A stretch of DNA of 64,000 nt from an uncultured Clostridia bacterium (GTDB lineage: Bacteria; Bacillota; Clostridia; Christensenellales; CAG-138): NCBI GenBank assembly GCA_937915925.1, contig CALGGM010000088.1, positions 2,729 to 66,728 of the forward strand, written 5' to 3'. Within the stretch, counting starts at the first letter, position 1. Each line of letters begins with the position of its first letter. The notes beneath the pieces were generated by a model, which saw nothing but the letters and a program-made list of their open reading frames with translations, did no database searches and was not told the DNA's origin. The position numbers were made by a program, and so were the translations under genes. This document shows, piece by piece, positions 47,305-56,492 of the stretch.

Positions 47305-47550
47305 TCAGACGCCGGAAGGCCAATCCGCGCTGCCGGAGAGGGCGTCGTAGGTATCAGTCACCACGACCGTGTCCGCGTCGACGCGCCGCATGACAAACCG
47401 CATATGGTTCTCCGGGATGGCGACGCAGCCGCCGGTATACAGCTTGACCGGACCGAAGCAGTGCAGAAAGATCGCGGAGCCGAGACCCGGCGTGCCTTCT
47501 TCGTTGTAACTGATGTTCAGACAGTACCGGTAATGAACTCTGAACGAGGG
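47305..47550 (-). pseudogene. 3' remnant of an L,D-transpeptidase (YkuD) gene
   Basis: Manual translation gives ..YRYCLNISYNEEGTPGLGSAIFLHCFGPVKLYTGGCVAIPENHMRFVMRRV..*, the His/Cys catalytic block. The GC-rich fragment abuts AT-rich unrelated sequence at ~47535. Confidence 0.55.
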
Positions 47551-47822
47551 AAAACTTTAACGATACCGTCAACTTTTAAAGAAATCATCTCGTCCTGAAG
47601 CGGTTGAGTTACGGCTTCTTGTGTCGCTAAGGGTATTGCTGTATTCACAGGACTATTCTTTTTCTCGGGAAGAATCCTTTCCCCTAATTTATCAATCGGT
47701 ATATCGTTTTTCTTCCCGCAGACAAGAATTGTTACAACTGTGCCGATAACTGCCAAAATAACAGCAGTAGCAGCCACCACTTTTTTATGCTTCTTCAGCC
47801 ATATCTTCAATCCTTCAAACAT
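47517..47822 (-). CDS. Single-pass membrane protein, hypothetical (AT-rich islet)
   Basis: SD AAGGAGAGG, and an N-terminal TM helix VVAATAVILAVIGTVVTILV. Its 3' end reads into the transpeptidase remnant in another frame. Confidence 0.35.
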   Translation of the reverse strand: MFEGLKIWLKKHKKVVAATAVILAVIGTVVTILVCGKKNDIPIDKLGERILPEKKNSPVNTAIPLATQEAVTQPLQDEMISLKVDGIVKVFPRSEFITGTV

Positions 47823-48108
47823 TCTTTACCTCTCCTTCTTTGCTATTTAGTCCAATAATAGCTAAAACTGCAGCGCTTAATGCTACTCCGCAACCAACCA
47901 ACAGCATAGGCCAAACATCGGATATCGATTCAGTGGTTTGCCAGCTTCCCCTCCGTGAAGGTGCTGGTCCGTTCATATAAAAGGTAAGGATGAAAAGTTT
48001 TCACCGGCTCTGTGATATTCTTACAGTTATACTGGAACGTTGGAATTGACAACATTTTTGACAACACTCTGATCATCAACGAGTGCATTTCTCTGTTTTT
48101 TTGAACTG

Positions 48109-48212
48109 ATTGAACCAAATGAAAAACGCCGAAAACCCAGATGTTTAGGCGTTTTTTGCGTATTTACCGCGTTTTTCGGCATTTGCAGTTTTGCCCTTCA
48201 TACCCGACCTGT
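48109..48212 (+). repeat. Repeat family R, copy 3
   Basis: GATTGAACCAAATGAAAAACGCCGAAAACCC..GGCGTTTTTT...TTTTCGGCATTTGCAGTTTTGCCCTTCATACCCGACCTG, directly abutting a tRNA 3' fragment. Confidence 0.7.
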
Positions 48213-48271
48213 CATCCGTTCGAATCGGATCGCCGCTACCAGAAAAATGTCCGAGAAATCGGGCTTTTTTC
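48213..48271 (+). other. Displaced 3' end of a tRNA gene (T-arm + acceptor strand + CCA) with its terminator; not an intact tRNA
   Basis: ATCCG-TTCGAAT-CGGAT, then CGCCGCT-A-CCA (48215-48242), then a hairpin plus T6 (48250-48271). No complementary 5' acceptor strand, D-arm or anticodon arm lies upstream. Confidence 0.6.
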
Positions 48272-48459
48272 ATGCCTTGCTTATGCGCATTTCTCCAAAA
48301 TTTGTGCTCATTTCGGGTTTTGACCCCATTTTGACCCCACAAAGAATCATATATTGTTTCAGAAATACACAGTGTGCGGTATGTATGATAAAGGAAGGGT
48401 ATTCCAAATCATGCAATCACTGCATACCGCCGTTCACTTTTTTAACAATCTATAAGACG

Positions 48460-48499
48460 CTGAAAATAATAGAAACGCCCGATCGAGAAAACGGGCGTT
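48460..48499 (-). terminator. Rho-independent terminator of the LacI-family gene (AACGCCCG/CGGGCGTT + U-rich tail on the minus strand)
   Basis: 8-bp stem 48474-48499, followed on the minus strand by TTCTATTATTTTC. Confidence 0.7.
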
Positions 48500-48503
48500 A
48501 ACA

Positions 48504-49532
48504 TTATCTTGTGCTGTCGCGCAGCAACGGCTCGGTGTTGACGTATGTACGCATAAACGGTCGATCCGGGTTTTGAATGCGGTTCAGGAGAACGTCCGCC
48601 GCGATGCGGCCGAGACTCATGCTTGGAATCCGAGCGGTGGTCAGCGCCGGTTCGACCACAGAGGCTTCAGGAGAACCGTCAAAGCCGGTGACCATGACGT
48701 CGTTCGGGACGGACAGCCCCATCTTTTTCAAAGCCGTCATCAAGTGAATGGCAAGATAGTCATTGGCACAGACAAATGCATCCGGGATGCGTGGCATAGA
48801 ACGAAGCTGATCGATTAGCCAATCCGTGTCACCGTACGGTGCGTCATCCTTTGACAGAATGGAATATGCTTCGATGGGGGACAGACCGGCTTCCTGTAAT
48901 GCGGCGCGATAACCCATCCAGCGTTCCTCAAAGCTCAAGCAATGTGTAATGTCACCGACAAAACCAAAGCGGGTTGCACCGCACCGGATCAAATGCCGCG
49001 TCAGGAACGAAATGCTTGCAAAGTTCTCCATTGTGACCAAATCGCTTTTCAGCAGGGAAAAGCCTGTGTTTGCATAGGAATCGATGAAGACTATTGGCAC
49101 GTCAACGGTACAAAGCATATCGCAGTATTCTTTGTCGAACAATTCGATCGCGATGATGCCCACAGTTTCGTTCAGATGCAAATGCGGTGGCAGCGTGAAA
49201 TTCTTGATCTCTTCCTCCGAGACCCGATAGATCTTCAGATTGTAGCCCGCACGGCTGGTCTGATCGGTGAAGCTGGTGATGACGAGGGAGCCGAAGCTGT
49301 GTCCCTGCGGATCATTTCCGGTCAAAAGTGCAATGTTGCGTCCCGAACCGACCGGAGCGGAACCGCTGCTTTCGGGCAGCTGATGGTAGCCCAATTCCTG
49401 CGCTTTTTGCAAAACAGCCCGTTTCGTTGCTTCCGGTACGGTTCCGCGATTGTTGAACACCTTGGACACCGTGTTGCGGCTCAGACCGCAGGCGTCCGCA
49501 ATATCCTGAATTGTGACACGCCGATGTGCCAT
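48504..49532 (-). CDS. LacI-family transcriptional regulator
   Basis: N-terminal HTH VTIQDIADACGLSRNTVSKVFNN and a periplasmic-binding-protein-like core. Confidence 0.93.
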   Translation of the reverse strand: MAHRRVTIQDIADACGLSRNTVSKVFNNRGTVPEATKRAVLQKAQELGYHQLPESSGSAPVGSGRNIALLTGNDPQGHSFGSLVITSFTDQTSRAGYNLKIYRVSEEEIKNFTLPPHLHLNETVGIIAIELFDKEYCDMLCTVDVPIVFIDSYANTGFSLLKSDLVTMENFASISFLTRHLIRCGATRFGFVGDITHCLSFEERWMGYRAALQEAGLSPIEAYSILSKDDAPYGDTDWLIDQLRSMPRIPDAFVCANDYLAIHLMTALKKMGLSVPNDVMVTGFDGSPEASVVEPALTTARIPSMSLGRIAADVLLNRIQNPDRPFMRTYVNTEPLLRDSTR

Positions 49533-49695
49533 AGTTTACACCTCGTTTGCTGAATTTACATTGTTTATACTATATCATAGGGAAAAGACAAAATCAAGAT
49601 GTGCAAAATGTAAACTTATACATGAATTTGATCCGAAAGTGCGACATAAACGGAAAATAATGGTTACAAAATGTAAATTTATGTGAACTTATGTA

Positions 49696-49724
49696 TTGAC
49701 AGAATGTAAACATTTGTTTATTAT
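49696..49724 (+). promoter_or_regulatory. Promoter TTGACA-17-TATTAT with palindrome TAAACATTTGTTTA in the spacer (candidate LacI operator)
   Basis: The palindrome lies at 49707-49720. Related ATGTAAA-N-TTTACAT-like sites lie near 49606 and 49670. Confidence 0.55.
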
Positions 49725-49797
49725 GTAATTGACAGAGAATATTTATGACGAAGACGCTGTCACGGCATACCAATTTCAGAAGGAGGATTCAGGAAGA

Positions 49798-50952
49798 ATG
49801 TCGGAAGTCATCATGAAGGGGTTAAAGAAGGTCTATGATAACAAGGTGACCGCAGTGCATGACGTCAACCTGGTTATCAAGGACAAGGAGTTCGTCGTGC
49901 TGGTCGGCCCGTCCGGCTGCGGCAAATCGACGACGCTCAGAATGGTCGCAGGTCTTGAGGAGATCAGCGACGGTGAACTGTACATTGACGGCAGACTGGT
50001 CAACGACGTTGCACCGAAGGACAGAGACATTGCGATGGTCTTCCAGAACTATGCGCTCTATCCGCACATGACGGTCTATGACAACCTTGCGTTTGCGCTG
50101 AAGCTCAGAAAGACGCCGAAAGCGGAGATCGACAAGAAGGTCAAGGAAGTTGCGGAGATCCTTGACATCACACAGTATCTGAAGCGCAAGCCGAAAGCGC
50201 TGTCCGGCGGTCAGCGTCAGCGTGTCGCGATCGGCAGAGCGATGGTCCGCGATCCGAAGGTCTTCCTCATGGATGAACCGCTTTCGAACCTCGACGCAAA
50301 GCTCCGTAACCAGATGCGCGCGGAAATCATCAAACTCCGTTCCCGCATCAACACGACGTTCATGTATGTTACGCACGATCAGACCGAAGCGATGACGCTC
50401 GGCGATCGTATCGTCATCATGAAGGACGGTTTCGTGAATCAGATCGGCACGCCGCAGGAAGTGTTCAACCGCCCGGTCAACCTGTTTGTCGCGGGCTTCA
50501 TCGGCATGCCGGTGATGAACTTCTTCGACAAATGCAAGGTCGTTCTGGAGAACGGCGTTTATTACGCGGAGATTCGCGGCGTCCGCTTCAAGCTCAACGA
50601 CTTCCAGCAGAAGGCATTGAAGCAGAACGGTGTGAAGACGCAGGAGATCGTTGCAGGCATCCGCCCGCAGCACATCACGGTCGGTGAAGGTGAGCTCAAG
50701 GCGACCATCGAGGTTTCCGAGATGATGGGCAGCGAGTACAACATCCATGCGCGCAGCAACGAGGATGAAGTGGTCATGCTGATCCCGACCTACGATCTCG
50801 CAACCGATGTTTCCATGGGACGCACCGTGGCGTTCTCGACCAAACCCGAACTCATTCAGCTGTTTGACAAAGAATCCGGCAACAATCTGATCTGGTACGA
50901 TGCAGAGTCGGCGCAGAACAATGCTCCGACCTGCAAGCGTTACGATTTCTGA
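49798..50952 (+). CDS. Sugar ABC transporter ATPase (MsmK/MalK/UgpC type)
   Basis: Start MSEVIMKGL with SD GAAGGAGGA. Walker A GPSGCGKST, LSGGQRQR, a C-terminal regulatory domain. Confidence 0.93.
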   Translation: MSEVIMKGLKKVYDNKVTAVHDVNLVIKDKEFVVLVGPSGCGKSTTLRMVAGLEEISDGELYIDGRLVNDVAPKDRDIAMVFQNYALYPHMTVYDNLAFALKLRKTPKAEIDKKVKEVAEILDITQYLKRKPKALSGGQRQRVAIGRAMVRDPKVFLMDEPLSNLDAKLRNQMRAEIIKLRSRINTTFMYVTHDQTEAMTLGDRIVIMKDGFVNQIGTPQEVFNRPVNLFVAGFIGMPVMNFFDKCKVVLENGVYYAEIRGVRFKLNDFQQKALKQNGVKTQEIVAGIRPQHITVGEGELKATIEVSEMMGSEYNIHARSNEDEVVMLIPTYDLATDVSMGRTVAFSTKPELIQLFDKESGNNLIWYDAESAQNNAPTCKRYDF

Positions 50953-50965
50953 AAAGGAGGGCACT

Positions 50966-51946
50966 ATGGAAGCAGCCAATCCCGCAAAGCGTGCCGTCAA
51001 AGAGCGGGCGCCGCGCGTCAAGAAAAAGAGAACCAAGGAGCAGCGCATTCTTTCGCTGAAAGAAAACGCGCCGTATTTTCTGATGGTTCTGCCGGCGGTC
51101 GTCGTCGTGTTCCTCTTTAACTACCTGCCGATCTACGGCGTACTGATCGCATTTCAGGACTTCATGCCCGGCGACAAGATCCTGTCCGATTCGACGATCT
51201 GGGTCGGGTTCCAGAACTTTGAACGGTTCTTCTCCGATCCGATGTTCTGGCCGCTGATGAAGAACACGTTCCTGATCTGTATCATCGGCTTCGTCATCGG
51301 CTTCCCGCTGCCGATCATCGTCTCCCTCATGCTCAACGCCATGAAGGGCAGACGGACAGCGAAGGTGCTGCAGACGATCTTCAACGGTCCGCACTTCATC
51401 TCGCTCGTCGTCCTGGTCGGTATGCTGACCCTGTTCTTCGGTCGCTATGGGCTTGTCAACAATCTTGCGGCAAGCATCGGCGGCGAACGCTATTCGTACT
51501 TCCTCGAAAGCAGCGCGTTCCGTCCGATGTACATCCTTTCGAGCAACTGGCAGGACTTCGGCTGGAGTGCGATCATCTACATCGCGGCGCTGTCCAACGT
51601 CGACCCGCAGCAGCATGAAGCGGCGATCCTCGACGGCGCGACCCGATTCCAGCGCGTGATCCACGTCGATCTGCCCGCCATCATGCCGATGATCTCCGTT
51701 ATGCTGATCATGTCGATCGGCGGTCTGATGGGCGTCGGTTACGAAAAGGCGCTGCTGATGCAGACCGACGGCAACCTGCAGGTATCGGAACTTATTTCGA
51801 CCTACGTGTACAAGCGCGGTCTGACCGGCGTACCGGATCAGGCGTACGCAACGGCGATCGGTCTCTTTAACTCGATCATCAACGTCGTGCTGCTGATCAT
51901 CGCCAATACGACCTCGAAGCGGTTCTCCGAGAACTCGCTGTGGTAA
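50966..51946 (+). CDS. Sugar ABC permease (LplB/YteP-like, CUT1)
   Basis: Start MEAANPAK with SD AAGGAGGG. Polytopic, with the typical AFQDF N-terminal region. Confidence 0.9.
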   Translation: MEAANPAKRAVKERAPRVKKKRTKEQRILSLKENAPYFLMVLPAVVVVFLFNYLPIYGVLIAFQDFMPGDKILSDSTIWVGFQNFERFFSDPMFWPLMKNTFLICIIGFVIGFPLPIIVSLMLNAMKGRRTAKVLQTIFNGPHFISLVVLVGMLTLFFGRYGLVNNLAASIGGERYSYFLESSAFRPMYILSSNWQDFGWSAIIYIAALSNVDPQQHEAAILDGATRFQRVIHVDLPAIMPMISVMLIMSIGGLMGVGYEKALLMQTDGNLQVSELISTYVYKRGLTGVPDQAYATAIGLFNSIINVVLLIIANTTSKRFSENSLW

Positions 51947-51960
51947 GGAGGGGGAACGGT

Positions 51961-52869
51961 ATGGCAACGAAACAAGTGAAACCCAGAATGGCGCTGCGTG
52001 ACACGGTCGGCGATAAGGTGTTCTATACGATCAACGCCATCGTGCTCGGCATCCTCGCGCTCATCGTTCTCTATCCGCTGTACTTCATCGTGATCGCGGC
52101 GATCTCCGATCCGGACGCGGTGCTCGGCGGCAAGGTCTTTCTCTATCCGGTCAACCTGAACTTCGAGGGTTTCTCGAAGATCATGGAGCGCAAGGACGTG
52201 TGGCTCGGCTACCGGAACACGATCCTCTATACGGCGCTGACGGTCGTTCTCTCGCTGATCGTTACGGTTCCCGCGGGATGGGCGCTGAGCCGCAAGACGC
52301 TGCCGGGCAAGAGAGTCCTGATGATCTACTTCATCATCCCGATGTTCTTCGGCGGCGGTCTGATCCCGTTCTATAACGTCATGTCGAGCCTCGGCCTTGT
52401 CAATACGATCTGGGCGATCGTGCTCCCGTCGATTCTGTCGGTGTGGAACCTGTTCATGACAAAGACCTTCTTCGAATCGAGCATTCCGAACAGCTTGATC
52501 GAAGCGGCAAAGATCGACGGCGCGGGCTCGTTCCGCATCTTCGGCGAAATCGTCCTGCCGCTCAGTAAAGCGATCATCGCGGTCATGGCGCTCTACTATG
52601 CGGTCGGTCAGTGGAACAGCTACTTCAACGCCATGATCTTCCTGCAGAACGAAAACCTGTACCCGCTGCAGCTCGTTCTGAAGGAGATCCTGATCGCTTC
52701 GGAAAGTACCGTCGGCGGCAGCGGCGAAACGATCCTACAGCAGTACCGTCTTGCGAACCAGCTCAAGTACGTTTCGGTCATCGTATCGAGCGTGCCGGTT
52801 CTGCTGCTCTATCCGTTCGTGCAGAAGTACTTTGCACAGGGCGTCATGATCGGCTCCCTGAAAGAATAA
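51961..52869 (+). CDS. Sugar ABC permease (LplC/YtcP-like, CUT1)
   Basis: Start MATKQVKPR with SD GGAGGGGG. EAA-like loop EAAKIDGAG. Confidence 0.9.
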   Translation: MATKQVKPRMALRDTVGDKVFYTINAIVLGILALIVLYPLYFIVIAAISDPDAVLGGKVFLYPVNLNFEGFSKIMERKDVWLGYRNTILYTALTVVLSLIVTVPAGWALSRKTLPGKRVLMIYFIIPMFFGGGLIPFYNVMSSLGLVNTIWAIVLPSILSVWNLFMTKTFFESSIPNSLIEAAKIDGAGSFRIFGEIVLPLSKAIIAVMALYYAVGQWNSYFNAMIFLQNENLYPLQLVLKEILIASESTVGGSGETILQQYRLANQLKYVSVIVSSVPVLLLYPFVQKYFAQGVMIGSLKE

Positions 52870-52895
52870 TCAAAAATCATCAGGAGGAAAGCAAC

Positions 52896-54584
52896 ATGAA
52901 AAAAAGAATCGCATTGGTGCTCGCACTGCTGTTCGCGCTTTCCGCGATCGCCTGCGGCGGCAGCGGCAAGAACAACAATAAACAGGAAAGCGCCGGTGTC
53001 GAGAAACTGGTAGAAGAATACGGCTTCCAGTGGACCGACACGAATGCCCCGATCCTCAACGAGAAGGGCGCACAGGAACTGTCTTTCAGCATCTATTCTT
53101 CCAAGAATGCATCGGCGCTCGATTACAACGACATGAAGATCATGCAGGATCTTTATGCGAGCACCAACGTGTTCGTGACCTGGGAGAACGTCTCCGAATC
53201 GGTGTATTCGCAGCAGAAGAACCTGATCTTCGGTAACGCGGACAACCGTCCCGACGCGATCTATCACGCCGGCATGGGCGCAGGCGAAATCATCAAGTAC
53301 GCCAAGCGCAAGGTTCTGCTGCCGATCAGCGACTATCTCGAATACATGCCGAACTTCTCCAAGATCCTCGAGGAGCGCCCCGACATCAAGGCGCAGCTGA
53401 TCAACGTCGAGGACGGCAAGATCTATTCTCTGCCGCGCGTTGAGGAAATGGGACTATTGCAGAACCCGAACATCCTGTTCCTCAATAAGAACTGGGCGGC
53501 CGCCGCGATTCAGGCAGGCGCAGTCTCCGGCGTCACGGCTGCGGACCTCAAGGACGGTCTGAACCTCACCTGCGATCAGATGGAGGCAATGCTCCGCTAC
53601 TTCCGCGACAACGACATGAACGGAAACGGCAATGCGGGCGACGAGCGTCCGATGAGCTTTGTCTACAACAACTGGCAGGGCAATCAGTGTGATCTGTACG
53701 GCATGTTCGGTCTGAACGACAACCTCGAACACCGCATCATCATCGACGGTAAGGTGACCTATACGGTGGAGGACGACCGCTTCAAGGAAGCGACCAACTT
53801 CCTCGCAAACTGGGTTTCCGAAAACCTGATCGACAAGGTCTCCTTTGAACAGTCGCAGGACAACTTCCTTGCAAACGGCAAGGGTCTCGAAACCTACGGC
53901 GCTTTCTACTGGTGGGAGAGCGAGACGGTCGTTTCCAATCCGGAAAACTACATCGTCGTAAATCCCTTGATCGGACCGAACGGCGATCAGACGCTCTGCA
54001 TCTCGAACAACCCCGAAGTCGGCGCGGGCGAGGTCGTCGTCTTTGCGGACTGCCCAAACGTGGAAGTGCTGCTTGCGTACTTCGATCGTTACTATGATCC
54101 GGTCGTCTCCGCGCAGATCAACTACGGCCCGATCGGCATCGTCTATGAGGAAGAGCGCGACGCGAACGGCATGCTCGTACAGAAGGCGCTGCCCGAGGGC
54201 ATGACCGCGGACGAGCTACGTCTGCAGAACGCGCCGCTGGGCATCATCTACCTCAGTGACTATGCGTGGAACAACGTTGTCAACATGGAGCCGCGCGCAA
54301 AGCTGCGTCTTGAGCGCCTCACCGCGTTCGCAACGCCGTTTATGCCGGAAGGCGTCAAGGCTTGCCCGAACCTCCAGTTCACGCTTGACGAGCTGAACAC
54401 GCTCTCCAACTATGAGACGAACCTGAACGACTACATCCGCACGAACCTGATCCGCTGGCTGATGAACGGCGGCGTTTCGGACGATGCGTGGGCGGCATTC
54501 CAGAAGGATCTCCAGGGCAAGTGCAACATCGGCGCGATCCAGAAGGTCTATCAGGATGCGTATGACCGTTATCTGAATCAGTAA
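52896..54584 (+). CDS. Large extracellular solute-binding lipoprotein (LplA-like)
   Basis: Start MKKRIALVLALLFALSAIAC (lipobox) with SD AGGAGGA. 562 aa. The track start at 52611 is rejected. Confidence 0.9.
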   Translation: MKKRIALVLALLFALSAIACGGSGKNNNKQESAGVEKLVEEYGFQWTDTNAPILNEKGAQELSFSIYSSKNASALDYNDMKIMQDLYASTNVFVTWENVSESVYSQQKNLIFGNADNRPDAIYHAGMGAGEIIKYAKRKVLLPISDYLEYMPNFSKILEERPDIKAQLINVEDGKIYSLPRVEEMGLLQNPNILFLNKNWAAAAIQAGAVSGVTAADLKDGLNLTCDQMEAMLRYFRDNDMNGNGNAGDERPMSFVYNNWQGNQCDLYGMFGLNDNLEHRIIIDGKVTYTVEDDRFKEATNFLANWVSENLIDKVSFEQSQDNFLANGKGLETYGAFYWWESETVVSNPENYIVVNPLIGPNGDQTLCISNNPEVGAGEVVVFADCPNVEVLLAYFDRYYDPVVSAQINYGPIGIVYEEERDANGMLVQKALPEGMTADELRLQNAPLGIIYLSDYAWNNVVNMEPRAKLRLERLTAFATPFMPEGVKACPNLQFTLDELNTLSNYETNLNDYIRTNLIRWLMNGGVSDDAWAAFQKDLQGKCNIGAIQKVYQDAYDRYLNQ

Positions 54585-54601
54585 GGAAAGAGGTACAAAC
54601 C

Positions 54602-56422
54602 ATGAAAAAACTGTTGGCGATTCTCTTGTCCGTTCTGATGCTCGCCTCTTTTGCGGCATGCAGCGGCAACGGCAATACGCCCTCGGCGCAGGGCGGCAGC
54701 AAGCCCGAAATCAAGGGCGTACACGACCTGACCGTGGAAGCGGGACAGAGCGTTGACACGCTCGAAGGCGTGACGGCGACCGACGCCGAGGACGGCGATC
54801 TGACCGCCATGATCACGATCGAATCCTCTCCGTCGCTGTCTTTCAAGGGCGGCAAGGCGACCCCGGAAACCGCAGGCACTTATGAACTCGTCTATTCCGT
54901 CACCGACAGCAGCGGCGAAACCGCGGAAGCGTATGCGACGCTGACCGCAACCAAGCAGACGGCAGAAGCGGTTCTCCTCAAAGAGTTCGACTTCACGACC
55001 CTCGAAGCGACCGACGCGCACGGCTGGGAAGCCGTTGTGGACGGTGCAGAGGCGACCGGCGCTTTGAAGGACGGCGCATTTGTGATCGACATTCAAAACC
55101 CCGGCGAGGGCGACGGCGCGATCCGCTTCGTCAAGTCTCTGGCTGTGAAGGGCGGCTCGGACTATAAGATCAAGGTCTGGGCAAAGTCCACCGCGCCCAC
55201 CTATGCGCATTTTATCCCGAAAGACGGCTCCACCGATGAGTGGAAGACCTTCGGCGGCGAGGTATGGAACGCCCGTTTGGACGAAGCAATTACCTGCATC
55301 GAATCCAACTTCACCGCGCCCGAGGATGGCACCGCGGAGCTCCGGCTCCATCTCGGCAAGATCACTCCGAATCCCGACAACCCCGCCGATACGACGCCGG
55401 AAAACTTCACGGTCACGATCGACAAGGTCGAGATCTATGAGATCACCGGCACCGAACAGCTTGAACTGCTTTATACGGCGGACTTTGCCGACAGCGGCGC
55501 GTTCGTTGAAGTGGGCGACGGCGCGGAAGCATCCGTTTCCTTTGCGGACGGCGCAGCGGTTGTCGAGATCGCATCCTATCCTACCGAGGGCGGCGTCTGG
55601 AGCATCAAGGCAAATCTTGAGCTTCCGGGCATCGTGATCGAACAGGGTACGAAGTACAATTACAGCTTCACAATCGCAGGCGAACATGCGCAGGGCGGTG
55701 AAGCGCTTGTGGAGAGCGCAACGCTGTATCATGAAGCGCGCGCGAACTTCAATGGCCTTTCCGTGGCGGAAGGCGAGGAGACGACCGTGTCCGGAACATT
55801 TGTTGCGGAAGCAAATGTCAGCGATCCGGTCATCCGTATGCAGATCGGCAATCCCTCTGAGGGCGTTACCTCCAACAAGCTGACGATCACGAGCTTTGTG
55901 TTCAACAAGGTCGGCGGCGACAAGGAAACGACGAAGACGATCGAAGACTTTGCACCGCTCGGTATGCGTGCGGAAAACGTCGACAAAGAGAAGTATCCGT
56001 GGGAGACCTTCAACGGCACCGATGAGGACAACGAGCACGGCGTCGGCACGATCTGGACCGCCGACGGCAGTCTTTTCTATCGCATCGACGACGGCGGCAC
56101 GGTCGACTGGCACAACAAGCTGATCTGCCCGATCACGCTGCCCGCAGACAGCTACTTTGTGGTCGAGATCACCGCAAAGGCAACCAAGAACGTATCGTGC
56201 GGCTTCTTCCTGAATCCGCAGGGCGGCTGGGATCCGCGCGTCAGTGAGGGCATCGATTTCACGACCGAGGAGCAGACCTTTACGTTTGAGACCAGCGACT
56301 CGTTCATCATGGATATGCCCTGTGAGCTGCTGTTCCAGTTCGGTTCCGAAGCGACCGCGGCGCTCGGCGGCGTGACGATTGAGTTCACGAGCGTTAAGAT
56401 CTATCAGAGACCGATTCTGTAA
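54602..56422 (+). CDS. Cell-surface lipoprotein with Ig-like (DUF5011-type) domain and CBM-like beta-sandwich repeats
   Basis: Lipobox LASFAAC and an Ig-like segment HDLTVEAGQSVDTLEGVTATDAEDGDLT, followed by repeated beta-rich modules. Confidence 0.8.
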   Translation: MKKLLAILLSVLMLASFAACSGNGNTPSAQGGSKPEIKGVHDLTVEAGQSVDTLEGVTATDAEDGDLTAMITIESSPSLSFKGGKATPETAGTYELVYSVTDSSGETAEAYATLTATKQTAEAVLLKEFDFTTLEATDAHGWEAVVDGAEATGALKDGAFVIDIQNPGEGDGAIRFVKSLAVKGGSDYKIKVWAKSTAPTYAHFIPKDGSTDEWKTFGGEVWNARLDEAITCIESNFTAPEDGTAELRLHLGKITPNPDNPADTTPENFTVTIDKVEIYEITGTEQLELLYTADFADSGAFVEVGDGAEASVSFADGAAVVEIASYPTEGGVWSIKANLELPGIVIEQGTKYNYSFTIAGEHAQGGEALVESATLYHEARANFNGLSVAEGEETTVSGTFVAEANVSDPVIRMQIGNPSEGVTSNKLTITSFVFNKVGGDKETTKTIEDFAPLGMRAENVDKEKYPWETFNGTDEDNEHGVGTIWTADGSLFYRIDDGGTVDWHNKLICPITLPADSYFVVEITAKATKNVSCGFFLNPQGGWDPRVSEGIDFTTEEQTFTFETSDSFIMDMPCELLFQFGSEATAALGGVTIEFTSVKIYQRPIL

Positions 56423-56492
56423 AAGAGGATCAAACCCGAAGGGGGGGATGGCGAAAAACTGTCCCCCTTTTAGAACTTGTGAGGGAGATATC

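Noticed and set aside
48165-48242. Intact tRNA gene (a CAT anticodon-like loop TTCATAC can be drawn)
   Set aside because: Only the T-arm, 3' acceptor strand and CCA are present. No 5' acceptor strand (AGCGGCG or a G-U variant) or D-arm exists upstream, and the putative anticodon stem does not pair. Called as a displaced 3' fragment instead.
49822-51967. Minus-strand ORFs 49822-51048 (408 aa) and 50852-51967 (371 aa)
   Set aside because: They are antisense to the MsmK-like ATPase and LplB-like permease genes.
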